A DNA stretch of 64,000 bases from an uncultured Trueperaceae bacterium (GCA_963727505.1 CAVSGP010000009.1:256001-320000); one strand, 5' to 3'; shown: positions 52,610 to 63,376, counted from the first letter of the stretch. Numbers and translations are program-made. The notes: generated from the sequence alone by a model not told the origin.

Positions 52610-54318
52610 GCCGCAGAGCCCGGAGAGGGTCGGGACGCGAGCGAACTCGACAGCGTCCCTTCGTTGAGATGGAGCGTCCGGTCCGCGGCTCGCACGATGG
52701 CGGGCCGGTGCGCGACTGCGACCACGAGGCGTTCGTGCGCCTGTTCCTGAAGCATCGCAACGAGGCCCGCCTCGCTCGTCTCGTCGAGGCTCGAAGTGGG
52801 CTCGTCCAGCAACAACACCCGGGGTTGCGTGAGCAGTGCGCGGGCCATGGCAAGTCGCTGCCGCTGGCCGCCCGACAAACCGGCACCGTCCTCGAGGAGT
52901 TCGTGATCGAGGCCGCGCGGGAGACGGCGCACCATCTCTGCCAACCCGACCGCCTCCAACGCCCCCCACAAGGCGTCGTCGTGCAACGCGCGACCCATGA
53001 GGAGGCTCTGGCGCAGCGGTCCGGACAGCACCTCGTGGGCCTGCGGAACGTAACTGACGCGTGAGCGCAGAACGCTCTCGGGAAGGCCATCGAGCGCTTC
53101 GCCATCGAGCCAGATGCAGCCCTGAACGGGCCGGAGGAATCCGAGGAGGAGTCGGAGAAGGGTGGTCTTGCCGGTGCCGCTCTCGCCGGTGACGGCTACG
53201 AGACCGCGCTCGGGCAGGGTCGCGTCGATGCCTTCGAGGATCCAGGGACCGCCCGGGTAGGCGAAGGAGATACCGTCGAGCTCGAGCCCCCGGTCGTACC
53301 GGGCTCCGGCGCACGATCGCTCCGAGACCTGGGGCCGGGCCCCGTCGGCGTCCGCCAGCACGCGAAGTCGTTTGTCCGCCGCACGCGCCTCACGCAACAG
53401 CGCATAGCCCTTGGGCAAGAGCTGCGACGGTGTGGACAGGAGGGCGACCAGCGTGACGAACGAGACCAACTGCCCCGCGGACATGACCCCGCGTTGGACA
53501 CTGCCCGCGAGAAGGACGACGAGGAGGCCCACGGCTGCGAACAGCAGGATCTGGGTGATGGGGATCTGCACCCCGGAGATGAGACTCCGCTGCGCCATCG
53601 CGCGGGCGGTGCGGCGGTTCTCCGGTTCGAATCTCTCCAACATCATCGATTCGGCGTCGAAGGCGCGTACCGTTTCGTGGTGCTTGAGCCCCTCCTGGAT
53701 GTGACGCCCCAGCGCCTCGGTGCCGATCTGCGACCGTTCGGCCACCCGCTCCAGCGCTCCGCCCACCCACCGGAGCACCAGCAACGTCGGGAGCCCGAAG
53801 GCGACCAGCAGCAAGGAAGCGCTTCCGTTGGTCCGGAACAGGTACGCCAGGATGGCCAGAACCGTGCCAGATTCGGCCACCAGGGTGCCGATGCCGAAGT
53901 GGAAGTAGGTCTCGATCTCGCGCAGGTCGGTCAGGATCCTGCTGGCGAGGCCGCCGCTGCTTCCCGGCAGGGCGCCCGGTGGTCGGAGCAACAGGCGGCG
54001 GTACAGTCCGCTTCGCCACGATCGGGTGACGTACGCCGCCGAGCGGCCGAGGAGAGCGTCCTGGGCCCAGAGCGCCACGGCTCCGATGAAGGCCACTGTC
54101 CCGGCGGTGACCAGGATCAGGGGCATGCGAGAGAGATCGTGCTTGTTGACGACCTGATCGAAGATCGGCGTCACGAAGGCAGGGATGATGGCGACCCGCA
54201 AGGCTGCACCGATGAGAGCCGCCGTCATCCCGGTGATCGCACCCGGCGTCGTCGGCAGCAGCAACGACGGCAGCTCCGCCGGCCTGCGGGGGCCCCCGTC
54301 GACGCGCGGGCGCTTCAC
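52606..54318 (-). CDS. ABC exporter (fused TMD+NBD), MsbA-like
   Basis: TM domain, 'GESGTGKT', 'LSGGQRQR', 'LDEPTS'; in lpx operon. Confidence 0.85.
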   Translation of the reverse strand: MKRPRVDGGPRRPAELPSLLLPTTPGAITGMTAALIGAALRVAIIPAFVTPIFDQVVNKHDLSRMPLILVTAGTVAFIGAVALWAQDALLGRSAAYVTRSWRSGLYRRLLLRPPGALPGSSGGLASRILTDLREIETYFHFGIGTLVAESGTVLAILAYLFRTNGSASLLLVAFGLPTLLVLRWVGGALERVAERSQIGTEALGRHIQEGLKHHETVRAFDAESMMLERFEPENRRTARAMAQRSLISGVQIPITQILLFAAVGLLVVLLAGSVQRGVMSAGQLVSFVTLVALLSTPSQLLPKGYALLREARAADKRLRVLADADGARPQVSERSCAGARYDRGLELDGISFAYPGGPWILEGIDATLPERGLVAVTGESGTGKTTLLRLLLGFLRPVQGCIWLDGEALDGLPESVLRSRVSYVPQAHEVLSGPLRQSLLMGRALHDDALWGALEAVGLAEMVRRLPRGLDHELLEDGAGLSGGQRQRLAMARALLTQPRVLLLDEPTSSLDETSEAGLVAMLQEQAHERLVVAVAHRPAIVRAADRTLHLNEGTLSSSLASRPSPGSAA

Positions 54319-55589
54319 CGTGCTCCGCCCCCGGCGTTCCGGGCCGTGCGGAGGTCCTCGCCGAGGTCTGTGCCGAGGTCCGCGCCGATGGCGTCGAGGA
54401 GCGCCGCCGCTGCGCCGGGGCGCGGCATGGTGGTTTGCAGGCGCTGCCTGCGCCGCTCCCGGTCGGACGCGTCGCGCCACAGCGTCAGCGTGCGATCGGC
54501 GACGGCGTCCGGGTCGAGGCGTCCGCTGAGCTCCAGCATCAGGTCCTCGCCCGTGAAGCGATTGGGCAGCGAGACCGGTACCGAAAGGCCCTCGACCCAG
54601 AGGCGGACCGCATAACGCTTCAGGTAGCGCCCGACGCCGGGGACGAGCCCCAGCCAGTGCCCCGCCCCTTCCAGCGGGATCACCTCGGGGCGGTTGAGCG
54701 GTAGCAGCACGACGCTCGGCACACCGGCGACGCCCAGTTCCAGGGTGTTGGTTCCAGGGATGGTCACCGCCAGGTCGGCCGCGCGCATGTGCGCGTAGCG
54801 TTCCTCCTCCGGGACCATCTCGATCACGGCGCCCGATGGCGTGAGCACGCGGTCTCCGTCGCGCTTTCCTGCCACGCCGCCGAGGGTGGCTGCCTCGCGC
54901 CCGGCGATGCCGTCGGCGATGGTGACGTCGGTGAGCAGGCGGCTCACCGGCCACACGAAGCGCGCTTGCGGCAGTGCCGTGGCGAGCCGGTCGACGAGCG
55001 CGATGAAGAAGGGGATGAGATGCACCGAGAATCCGTCACGGCTGCCGGGGAAGAGAACCACGTGTGGCGAGCCGGGGTCCTCCGCGGGCGCGTCGAGTTG
55101 CACGGCGTCGGCCACCAGGTTGCCGACCACCTGCACGCGGTCGGCCGGGGCGCCGCTGCGGCGCGCCCTGCGCGCGATCCGCTCGTCGGGCACGAAAAGG
55201 ACGCTGAGCCCGCGGCTCCAGCCCGGCTCGAAGCTGTAGCGGTAGGCGGGTCGGCCGAGTCGTCTGGCGAGGCTCACGGCCATGCCGGCGTTGCCCCCCA
55301 GGCTGAGGACGAAGCCGGTCCGGTCGCCCGCTTCGGAGCGCTCGAGGCCGGCAGGAAGGCCGCCCGTGGCGGTGGCCCGCACGTACTGCGCCGGTGACGT
55401 CACCACGTCGGCGCCGAAGCCGCCTGCGATGGCGGTCTCGTGACCGCTGGCGAACTGGCAGGGGATGAGACTGATGCCCACGCGCATACCGGGCGCGCGG
55501 CTGCGTAGCTCCCGCAGCACGGGGCGCACCCAGGTGTAGAGCTCGCCGGGCCCGTTGGCGACCAGCACGGCCTCGACGGGCATGCTCAA
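54315..55589 (-). CDS. Lipid-A-disaccharide synthase (LpxB)-related glycosyltransferase
   Basis: 'NGPGE', 'VGNL', 'FPGSR', 'GTNTLELG..GVP'; directly after lpxA. Confidence 0.72.
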   Translation of the reverse strand: MSMPVEAVLVANGPGELYTWVRPVLRELRSRAPGMRVGISLIPCQFASGHETAIAGGFGADVVTSPAQYVRATATGGLPAGLERSEAGDRTGFVLSLGGNAGMAVSLARRLGRPAYRYSFEPGWSRGLSVLFVPDERIARRARRSGAPADRVQVVGNLVADAVQLDAPAEDPGSPHVVLFPGSRDGFSVHLIPFFIALVDRLATALPQARFVWPVSRLLTDVTIADGIAGREAATLGGVAGKRDGDRVLTPSGAVIEMVPEEERYAHMRAADLAVTIPGTNTLELGVAGVPSVVLLPLNRPEVIPLEGAGHWLGLVPGVGRYLKRYAVRLWVEGLSVPVSLPNRFTGEDLMLELSGRLDPDAVADRTLTLWRDASDRERRRQRLQTTMPRPGAAAALLDAIGADLGTDLGEDLRTARNAGGGAR

Positions 55590-56371
55590 CCCCCGACCGC
55601 GAAGCGCGCGATGCCCCGCTTGGTGGTGTCGGCGAAATCCACCAGGCGGCGAACGTCGGCGCTGCCAAGGGCGAGCTCGTCGAGGCGCTCCCGGTCACGC
55701 CGCCGGAGTGCCCGCACGGCCTGCTCCAACGCCCGGTAGCGCTCGCCGTCGATCCCGTTCCGGCCGAGCCCGACGCGGTTGAGGCGGTAGTGGCGGACGG
55801 GGTTGCCGCGCGCCATGGTGAACGGCAGCACGTCCATGTTGCCGGCGCTGGCGGCGCCGAACATGGCGTACTCGCCCACGCGGCAGAACTGGTGGATGAG
55901 CGCGTTCGAGCCGAGGACCGCGTGGTGGCCGATCTCGCTGTGCCCGCCGAGCTGCACCGCGGTGGTGAGCACGCAGTTCCGTCCGACGCAACTGTTGTGC
56001 GACACGTGCACGTAGCTCATCAGAAGGCTTCCGGCGCCGACCGTCGTCTGGTCCCCCTCGCCGGTCGCGCGGTGCACCGTCACGAACTCGCGCACGGTGA
56101 CGTCGTCCTCGATCACCGCGAGAGTATCCTCGCCGGCGAAGTGGCTGTCCATGGGGAGACCGCCTACCACGGCGTACGGTCCCAGGCGGCAGCGCGCGCC
56201 GACCCGGCTACCGTCGTGCAACACGGTGCCCGTCAGCAACGCGCTGGCCGCTCCCACCTCGACGTTGGCCTCCACCACCACCCCGGGACCGACCCGCACA
56301 TCGGGGGCCAGTCGGGCGTCGGGGTGGACGTGGGCGCTGGGATGGACGGTGGCGGTGGCGGAGACGGTCAC
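55586..56371 (-). CDS. lpxA: Acyl-ACP--UDP-GlcNAc O-acyltransferase
   Basis: Hexapeptide repeats, 'REFVTVHRAT', 'HVSHN', 'LGGH', 'HQFCRVG', 'LNRVGL'. Confidence 0.92.
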   Translation of the reverse strand: MTVSATATVHPSAHVHPDARLAPDVRVGPGVVVEANVEVGAASALLTGTVLHDGSRVGARCRLGPYAVVGGLPMDSHFAGEDTLAVIEDDVTVREFVTVHRATGEGDQTTVGAGSLLMSYVHVSHNSCVGRNCVLTTAVQLGGHSEIGHHAVLGSNALIHQFCRVGEYAMFGAASAGNMDVLPFTMARGNPVRHYRLNRVGLGRNGIDGERYRALEQAVRALRRRDRERLDELALGSADVRRLVDFADTTKRGIARFAVGG

Positions 56372-56386
56372 GGCCTCATCCTGGGG

Positions 56387-56809
56387 TCAGCGGGCGTACA
56401 TGAAGGAGAGGGTGGCCTCGGCGGCGACCTCGTCCCCCACCAGGGCCTTGGCGGCCACCTTGCACAGGCCGCGACGGAACAGCAGGATCTCGCCCGTGAG
56501 TCGGAGACGGTCTCCTGGCACCACCTTGCGCCGGAACTTGGCGCCTTCGATGGCCGCCAGGTAGCCGGCCTGGCCCGTGCCTGCCGTCCCCTCGCGCACG
56601 CTGAGGCCCACGGCAGCGGCCTGGGCAAGGGCTTCCACGATGAGCACGCCGGGCATGACCGGCTCGTCGGGGAAGTGCCCCTGGAAGTACGGTTCGCCGT
56701 GGCTCACGTTCTTGACGCACTCGAAGGCGTCGCCCTCCTGGGACACGAAGGCGTCCACCAGCAGGAAGGGAAAGCGGTGGGGAAGGATGGCACGGACGTC
56801 CACGCTCAT
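56387..56809 (-). CDS. fabZ: 3-hydroxyacyl-ACP dehydratase
   Basis: 'LPHRFPFLLVD', 'GHFP..PVMPGVLIVEALAQ'. Confidence 0.95.
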   Translation of the reverse strand: MSVDVRAILPHRFPFLLVDAFVSQEGDAFECVKNVSHGEPYFQGHFPDEPVMPGVLIVEALAQAAAVGLSVREGTAGTGQAGYLAAIEGAKFRRKVVPGDRLRLTGEILLFRRGLCKVAAKALVGDEVAAEATLSFMYAR

Positions 56810-56887
56810 GCGGGTAGTCTATCGCAGCCCTCGTCGTGGGCCGCGCGACCTGGACCCCGGTGGTGCGGGCTCGCTCCGGGTGCGGAC

Positions 56888-57853
56888 TCAGACCAGGACG
56901 GGGTGGTGCTCGCTACGGATCTTCTCGAGCAGGCGCGTCGCGAGTTCGAGCGACCGCAGGTCGTCGTCGAGCGTGCCGATGGGGTCGGCGTCGCGGCGGA
57001 TGCGCGCCAGGAAGTGCTCCAGCTCCTTGCGCAAGGGATTGTCCTCGTGCACGACGTGCCGGTCCAGTTGCACGTGACCGGTGTCGGAGCTGGCGTTGGG
57101 TTGCCGGTAGATGGCGATCTCGGTGTAGGGTTCCTTCGCGAAGTCGAGCCGCATCGTCTGATGCGGCTCAGACACGACGAGGCTGCGCTCGGCGTCGGGC
57201 GCGACGCGGCTCGCCAGGAAGCGTGCGATGCAACCGCCCTCGAACGTGATCTGGGCGGCCGCGACGTCCTCCAGGGGGGTGCCGTTGAGGGCGCGGCCGA
57301 CGACGCTGATCTCGGCCGGCGCGGCCGGGATGAGCCGCAGCACGATGTCGAGATCGTGGATCATCAGGTCCAGCACGACGCCGACGTCCTTGATGCGGGC
57401 GTAGGGGACCATGCGCCGCGCCTCGATCAGGTAGGGTTGGCGGACCTGCTCGCCCAGCAGCTGCACGGCTCGATAGAAACGCGTGATGTGCCCCACCTGG
57501 AGCACCAGGCCGAGGCGGCGGGAGAGCGACGCCAGTTCGCGCGCCTGGGTCACGTCGGTAGCGACCGGCTTCTCCACGAGCACATGAACGCCCGCTTCCA
57601 GCAGACGTTTGGTGACGGAGAAGTGGAGACTGGTGGGTACGGCCACGCTGGCCGCATCGAACGACTCGGCCGCCAGCAGCTCGTCAAGCGAGGCATGGGC
57701 CCGGCAAGCGAACGAGGAACGCGCCTCGGCGCGTCGCTCCGGATCGGGATCGGCGACGGCGACGAGCTTCACGTGTGGGAGGGCGGCGTAGTTGTTGGCG
57801 TGGAAGCGCCCCATCACGCCCGCGCCGACGACCGCGACCCGCAAGGCCTTCAT
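56888..57853 (-). CDS. Gfo/Idh/MocA oxidoreductase (GnnA-like candidate)
   Basis: 'VVGAGVMG', 'VPTSLH', 'VEKP', 'DLMIHDLD'. Confidence 0.85.
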   Translation of the reverse strand: MKALRVAVVGAGVMGRFHANNYAALPHVKLVAVADPDPERRAEARSSFACRAHASLDELLAAESFDAASVAVPTSLHFSVTKRLLEAGVHVLVEKPVATDVTQARELASLSRRLGLVLQVGHITRFYRAVQLLGEQVRQPYLIEARRMVPYARIKDVGVVLDLMIHDLDIVLRLIPAAPAEISVVGRALNGTPLEDVAAAQITFEGGCIARFLASRVAPDAERSLVVSEPHQTMRLDFAKEPYTEIAIYRQPNASSDTGHVQLDRHVVHEDNPLRKELEHFLARIRRDADPIGTLDDDLRSLELATRLLEKIRSEHHPVLV

Positions 57854-58635
57854 CGTGCCAGGCCCGCACTCGTCGTGGGTCGTAGAAGCTCATTCATCAG
57901 AGCGACATGGAGGGCGTGCGAACCACGCCAGAAGGTAACCCGAGCTTCGAGCGGTCGACCGAGTAAGAACAGATCCCCCAGAGCGTCGAGGGCCTTGTGA
58001 CGCACCGGTTCGTTCTCCGCGCGCAAGGGTACCAGCGGGCCCTCCTCGTCAAAGACGATAGCATTTTCCAGGTTGGCGCCGGCAGCGAAGCCTCTCGCGC
58101 GCAACGCCTCGACGTCCGACAGCAGGCCGAAGGTGCGGGCGTCGACCAGTTCGGGATAGCGCGCCGGGTCGCCGCACCAGTGCTGTTCACCGATCGCGGG
58201 GTGCTCGAAGGCGATGCCGCAGCACAGCCGCGCTGCGCCGGGCACGAGCTCGGCGCGCGCGTCGCCGATCGCGACGGTGACGGCCCGGTCGGGCCGCACG
58301 GGTTTCGGGGGCGGGGGAGGCGCCGGCAGTTCGCCCAGCAGGTCGTACCAGACCCGGGCCGAGCCGTCGAGGATGGGGAGCTCCGCGGCCGAGGCCTCGA
58401 TCACCAGACCGGACCAGAATCCCCTCATCGCCAGGGCGGCCAGCAGATGCTCGACCACGCCGACGCGCTCGCCGCCTGCGCCGAGCGTGGTGGCGCGGCG
58501 ACTGTCGACCACCGCGTCGAGGGTCGCGGGGATGATGCGATCGCCGCGTCGGAAGCGCACCGGCCCGTCCTCGCGGTGCAGCGTCACGCGGCAGTGGGCG
58601 CCGCCATGGACGCCCGTGCCCTCAACGCTCCGCAT
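57850..58635 (-). CDS. lpxC: UDP-3-O-acyl-GlcNAc deacetylase
   Basis: 'EHLLAAL', 'PILDGS', 'ARTFG', '[10 protein letters not shown]', 'H..H'. Confidence 0.92.
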   Translation of the reverse strand: MRSVEGTGVHGGAHCRVTLHREDGPVRFRRGDRIIPATLDAVVDSRRATTLGAGGERVGVVEHLLAALAMRGFWSGLVIEASAAELPILDGSARVWYDLLGELPAPPPPPKPVRPDRAVTVAIGDARAELVPGAARLCCGIAFEHPAIGEQHWCGDPARYPELVDARTFGLLSDVEALRARGFAAGANLENAIVFDEEGPLVPLRAENEPVRHKALDALGDLFLLGRPLEARVTFWRGSHALHVALMNELLRPTTSAGLAR

Positions 58636-59641
58636 CGCGCCCCTTCACCGCCTGCCAGATGCGCTCGAGCCTGCCCAGAAGGTACAGCCCACGCACCCAA
58701 CGCCGGTAGGGCTGGGCGGGGAAGCCCGCCCAGGTCTCACCGTCGGGAACGTCCTTGGTGACTCCGGCACGCCCGGCGATACGGACGTCGGCTCCGATCG
58801 TGACGTGATCCGCGACGGCGACGTAGCCGCCGAGGATCGTGCGATCGCCGACGCTGCTGCTGCCGCCGATGCCGGTCATGCCGGCGATCAGGCAGTCGCT
58901 CCCGATCACCACGTTGTGCCCGATCTGGCAGTGGTTGTCGATCTTGCTGCGGGACCCGATCCGGGTCGGGTCCAGCGTGCCGCGATCGACGGCGCTGTTC
59001 GCGCCGATCTCGACGTCGTCGCCGATGACGACGCCGCCGAGATGGTGGATCTTGCTCGCGCCTCCGTCGCCGGGGGCGTAACCGAAGCCGTCCGCTCCGA
59101 CGACGCAGCCGCTGTGGAGCTCCACGCGTTCGCCCAGCACCACGCCGTCGTAGACGACCACGCCCGCATGCAAGCGGCACGCCCTCCCCAGGTGCGTGCC
59201 GGCGCCGATCGTGCAGTGCGGTCCGATGCGCGTCCCCGGTCCGATCTCGGCGCCTGCCTCGATGACGCTGTGGGGGCCTATGGCAACGTCCTCGCCGAGG
59301 GAGGCGTCGGCCGCCACCACCGCCGTCGCGTGCACGCCGGGTGGCGCATCGGGGCGACGGTCGAACAGCGCGCTGAGTAGCGCCAGCGCCCGGCGTGGGT
59401 CGTCGACCCGGATCGCTGCGCAGGAGGGAGGATCGGCGAGCTCTAGGGCGCGGGGTAGCACCACGGCGGCAGCGCCGTTCGCCAGGGCCCGCGCCAGGTC
59501 GTCGGCGGTGGCGACTACGACGACGGTGTCGGGTCCGGCGCCATCGGCCGAAGCGAGGCGCCGGACGAACGCGGTCGGGCCCTCGACAGCTCCCTGCAGC
59601 TTGGTGGCAAGCGTGGCGCTGTCGTATGCAGGTGCGGTCAT
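58622..59641 (-). CDS. lpxD: UDP-3-O-acylglucosamine N-acyltransferase
   Basis: Hexapeptide repeats, 'GADGFGY', 'DRG', '[11 protein letters not shown]'. Confidence 0.93.
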   Translation of the reverse strand: MTAPAYDSATLATKLQGAVEGPTAFVRRLASADGAGPDTVVVVATADDLARALANGAAAVVLPRALELADPPSCAAIRVDDPRRALALLSALFDRRPDAPPGVHATAVVAADASLGEDVAIGPHSVIEAGAEIGPGTRIGPHCTIGAGTHLGRACRLHAGVVVYDGVVLGERVELHSGCVVGADGFGYAPGDGGASKIHHLGGVVIGDDVEIGANSAVDRGTLDPTRIGSRSKIDNHCQIGHNVVIGSDCLIAGMTGIGGSSSVGDRTILGGYVAVADHVTIGADVRIAGRAGVTKDVPDGETWAGFPAQPYRRWVRGLYLLGRLERIWQAVKGRDAER

Positions 59642-61617
59642 GACGTTCCCCCTCCGGTGGCGTTCGCCGCCGACCCGCCGTCGCCATTGGGCTTGGGACC
59701 CTCGGGCGCCGGGGGTGGTGTTCCCGTCGGCGGTTGGTGGAGGTCCGGTGGCTGCGGGCCGGGACCGCTCGGCGCTTCGCCGCCGCTCCCATCCGGCCCC
59801 GTCGGCGTCTGCGCCGGCGTGGCTGCCGTGTTCTGGACGGTGACGTCGACGGTGCGGGTGCCGGTGACGACGAACGGCAGCGACAACCGCCCAAGGCGGT
59901 GCGTGTTGCCGTCGTTGTCGGGCGCCTCGACCACCAGCTCGCTGGCCTGGGGTTTCTGGCGCAGGGCGTCGAGCAACTCCAGGAACGAGCGTGGCCGGTT
60001 CTTCGTCTGCGGCTTGGCGGCACTCTCCTTGGGCGTGACGTCCCCGCCGCGTACGGTCAGCGCGACCGTCCCGCTGGCGCCTTCGGGGAGCTTGACGCTC
60101 AACGTCTTCACCACCGGGTCCTGGCGGTAGGGCTGGAGTCGCACGTGCAGCACCACCGACGTCCCCGGTCCGACGATGGGGTTCTCGGCCACGGCGTCGA
60201 CGATCTCGCCCGTGCTGCGCTGGCTGGAGAGGCGCACGTTGATCGTGACGGCCGACACGCCGGGCGCCCGGAACACGTTCGTCGCCAGCGTCTGCAGGGG
60301 GCTACCGATCAGCTGCGCGGCGACCTTGGCGATGTCGTTCGGGTCGTCGGCCTGCTCGACGAGATTGAGCCTGTCGCCGGCGGCGAGATCGATCTCCCAA
60401 CCGATCTGAGCGTAGCCGCCGGTGGTCTCGGCAAGGCTGCGGTCGATGAGTTGCTGGCTGGCGGCGGCGGCGAGATGCGGATAGAGGCGTTCGTCGGCGG
60501 CCATCTCCTCGTGGTAGGTGGTGCTGCCGGCCGGGGCGTCGACCGTCAACGTCATCGGGATCATGGCGGGTCCGTCTCCGAGGGTGCCTGCCACGGCGGC
60601 GGGACGGTCCTGCACGATGGTGCCGAGTGGCTTCTGGCCGCTGTTGGCGAGCTTGAAGGGCACCACCGAGCTGGACACCACCGCGGTCACGTACGCCGGC
60701 GCCATCGGTAGCGCTACGCTGCCGATGCCGAGGAGTGGGTGGCCGAAGGCGAGCACGTGGTCGCCTTCGATCGCGGTCACCGTGCCCACTGCCCCGATGG
60801 TGACGTCCCCCCGGGCCAGCTCCACGCTGATGGGACTGCCGGGCTCGAGGGTGTACGGCGGGGTGTCGCCCGCCGGCAACGAGCCCGACGCCTGGGCAGG
60901 GAAGGGAGTGAGGCGCGTGGCGCGGAACAGTGGCGCCAGCAGGTCGGCCGCTCGTGGGTCCACGCCCGACAGCAGGATGGGTGTCGACGCCGGTACGGCG
61001 AGACCCAGGCCCGCCACCGCCACGGGTCCGTTGGGCGGGCCGTGCGCGCTATCCGTGGCGGCCTTTCGCATCACGGCGATGGGGGTGATCATCGCCAGGT
61101 GATGATCGGCCGACGGGAAGACGTAGCTCACGGCGCCCAGCAGGCGCGGTCCGTCGACGGTGGAGAGGTAGACCGGGCTGCCACTCATGCCCGCGGACAC
61201 GCCGCCGCTGGTGTCGATGAAGTCGCCCGAGGCGCGCACGAGCACCAGCGGGAAGCCGGGCCCGGCGTCGGACTGGATCGACAGCACGGTGACCGCGAAG
61301 CGGACCAGCGCGTTGCCGGGCCCGGCGGTGAGGCCGTAGCCCTTCATGCCGGCCTCGACCTGCGCGAGGGGCAGGTCCGGCGCCGCCGCCGGCGGCGCCG
61401 CCGCTCCGGACGCCGGTGGGAACACCCAGCTCCCTACCAGCAGCAGTGCGAGGCCAAGGAGCGTCGCATGCCAGCGGGCAACGTCCGGCTTCCGGGGGGC
61501 CCGCGTGGCGGCACCTCGGCGGCTGCTCCACGCCGGCGGCCCCCGCCGCCAGGATGCACAGCACGCGAACGCGCACCGTAGCGTGCGGGTGCGCGGCGCC
61601 GTTCGGCGGCCCGCCAT
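59638..61617 (-). CDS. SpoIVB-like peptidase S55 domain protein, exported
   Basis: TM/signal segment; 'AGMSGSPV', 'GAVSY', 'GTVT...AFGHP'; Pro-rich C-terminus; exact start uncertain. Confidence 0.8.
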   Translation of the reverse strand: MAGRRTAPRTRTLRCAFACCASWRRGPPAWSSRRGAATRAPRKPDVARWHATLLGLALLLVGSWVFPPASGAAAPPAAAPDLPLAQVEAGMKGYGLTAGPGNALVRFAVTVLSIQSDAGPGFPLVLVRASGDFIDTSGGVSAGMSGSPVYLSTVDGPRLLGAVSYVFPSADHHLAMITPIAVMRKAATDSAHGPPNGPVAVAGLGLAVPASTPILLSGVDPRAADLLAPLFRATRLTPFPAQASGSLPAGDTPPYTLEPGSPISVELARGDVTIGAVGTVTAIEGDHVLAFGHPLLGIGSVALPMAPAYVTAVVSSSVVPFKLANSGQKPLGTIVQDRPAAVAGTLGDGPAMIPMTLTVDAPAGSTTYHEEMAADERLYPHLAAAASQQLIDRSLAETTGGYAQIGWEIDLAAGDRLNLVEQADDPNDIAKVAAQLIGSPLQTLATNVFRAPGVSAVTINVRLSSQRSTGEIVDAVAENPIVGPGTSVVLHVRLQPYRQDPVVKTLSVKLPEGASGTVALTVRGGDVTPKESAAKPQTKNRPRSFLELLDALRQKPQASELVVEAPDNDGNTHRLGRLSLPFVVTGTRTVDVTVQNTAATPAQTPTGPDGSGGEAPSGPGPQPPDLHQPPTGTPPPAPEGPKPNGDGGSAANATGGGTS

Positions 61618-61619
61618 CG

Positions 61620-62657
61620 CTAGCGGCGGAGGAAGTTGTCGGAGATCAGTGCGTCGCGCAGCACGTGGATCATGTCGAGCGCCTGACCGGTGCCGAGCGC
61701 CACCGCGTCGATGGCGTTGTCGGCCACCACGACCGGGATGCCGGTGGTCTGCCGGAGCAGCTCGTCGAAGTTGCGCAGCAGCGAACCGCCCCCGGTCATG
61801 ATGATGCCACGGTCGATGACGTCGGACACGAGCTCGGGCGGGGCCAGCTCGAGCACCCGGCGGACGCCGTCGGCGATCTTCTGGATCGGTTCGCGCAGGG
61901 CCTCCACCGTGTCCTCGGTGGTGACCTTGATGGTCTTGGGCAGGCCGTTGATGAGGTCGCGGCCGCGCACATCGAGCTCGCGGTTGTCCTCGGGGCCCCT
62001 CACCACGGCGGCGCCGACGCGCATCTTGACTTCCTCGGCGGTCCGCTCGCCGATGAGGAGGTTCTCCTTGTGCCGGATGTGCCGGATGATGGCCTCGTCG
62101 AACTCGTTGCCCGCGATGCGCAGGCTCTCCGACACGACGATTCCGCCCAGACTGATGATGGCGATGTCGGTGGTGCCGCCGCCGATGTCCACGATCATCG
62201 AGCCAGTGGGCTCGGCGATGGCGACCCCCGCTCCGATGGCGGCGGCCAGCGGCTCCTCGATCAGGAACGCCTTGCGGGCTCCGACCTCGCGGGTCGCCTG
62301 CAGCACGGCGCGGCGCTCCACCTCCGTGACGCCCGACGGGACGCACACCATGATGTGAGGCTTGAACAGGCGGCCGGGGCCGGTGATCACCTTGCGCACG
62401 AACGCCTTGAGCATCTTTTCGGTGAGGTCGTAGTCAGCAATGACGCCGTCACGCATGGGGCGGACGGCGACGATGTTGCCGGGCGTGCGGCCGAGCATCC
62501 TGTAGGCCTCGTCACCAACCGCCTTCACATCGCCGGTATCCCGGACCATGGCGATCACCGAGGGCTCTCGGAGCATGATGCCCTTGCCCTTGACGTAAAT
62601 CAGGACGGTGGCCGTCCCTAGATCGACTCCGATCTCCTGTCCCAACCTGAAGAACAT
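61620..62657 (-). CDS. mreB: Rod shape-determining protein MreB (paralog 2)
   Basis: 'IGVDLGT', 'RTPGNI', 'DIGGGTTD', 'MTGGGS'. Confidence 0.95.
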   Translation of the reverse strand: MFFRLGQEIGVDLGTATVLIYVKGKGIMLREPSVIAMVRDTGDVKAVGDEAYRMLGRTPGNIVAVRPMRDGVIADYDLTEKMLKAFVRKVITGPGRLFKPHIMVCVPSGVTEVERRAVLQATREVGARKAFLIEEPLAAAIGAGVAIAEPTGSMIVDIGGGTTDIAIISLGGIVVSESLRIAGNEFDEAIIRHIRHKENLLIGERTAEEVKMRVGAAVVRGPEDNRELDVRGRDLINGLPKTIKVTTEDTVEALREPIQKIADGVRRVLELAPPELVSDVIDRGIIMTGGGSLLRNFDELLRQTTGIPVVVADNAIDAVALGTGQALDMIHVLRDALISDNFLRR

Positions 62658-62805
62658 GCTTTCTCCAACCCGAGCGGCCCTGATGCGATGGGTGCACAGC
62701 GACGGGGCAGTATACCCTTCTGGAGCGGTCGTGCGTCCCGGGCCAGCGCGGCCGGGACGCCGTCGGGGGGCGTGCCGGCCGGGACGCAGATCGCCCGGTG
62801 GCCCG

Positions 62806-63376
62806 CTACAGGTAGACCGCCTCCGCGGGATCCCCCAAGGCGGCCATGGATGCCGTCAGGGCCGCGTCAGGGCCACATCCCTCGATCACCCTGTCGGATC
62901 CGATGCGCTCGACCAGCGAGCTACGACTGAGTTTCTCGGTCGGATGGAGCGTCTCGAGACGAAGGTCGGTCGGGTCCTCCGGTCGGCGGTAGCGCGCGGC
63001 GTAGACGTTGCCGCGGCGGGCGTCGAGAGCGGCGATGCCGGACTCGCCCGGCAACAGGCCCGCAAGCGCCAGCGCCGCCAGCGTCGAGGCGCCGCCGAGG
63101 GGCACGCCCCATGCCCGCGCCAGACCCCGCCCGGTGGCGATGCCGACGCGCACTCCGGTGTAGGAGCCCGGTCCTACGCCGACCCCGATGCCCGTCACGA
63201 CCCCGGGGTCGTGACCGGGCGCGGGCGAACAAGCGCTCGATCTCGAGGACGATGCGTGCGGCGTGGTCCCTGCCCACGTCCTCGCGGTACTCGGCCAGCA
63301 GCCCGCGCTGGGCACTCCAGAGCGCCAGCGACAGGAAGCGCGTGGCGCTGTCGATGCCCAGATAGACGTGGCTCAC
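62806..63376 (-). pseudogene. tsaB: tRNA t6A biosynthesis protein TsaB, frameshifted (one extra nucleotide near 63217-63219; possibly a sequencing error)
   Basis: N-terminus 'YLGIDSAT...DHAARIV' in one frame; 'GVGPGSYTGVRVG', 'DARRGNVY', 'AVYL' in another. Confidence 0.85.

Noticed and set aside
59638..62346. 902-aa ORF overlapping mreB
   Set aside because: The upstream portion is an alternative frame inside mreB; protein-like sequence begins at or after 61617
63200..63230. Programmed ribosomal frameshift in tsaB
   Set aside because: No slippery heptamer or stimulatory element is evident; a single-base error or mutation is simpler
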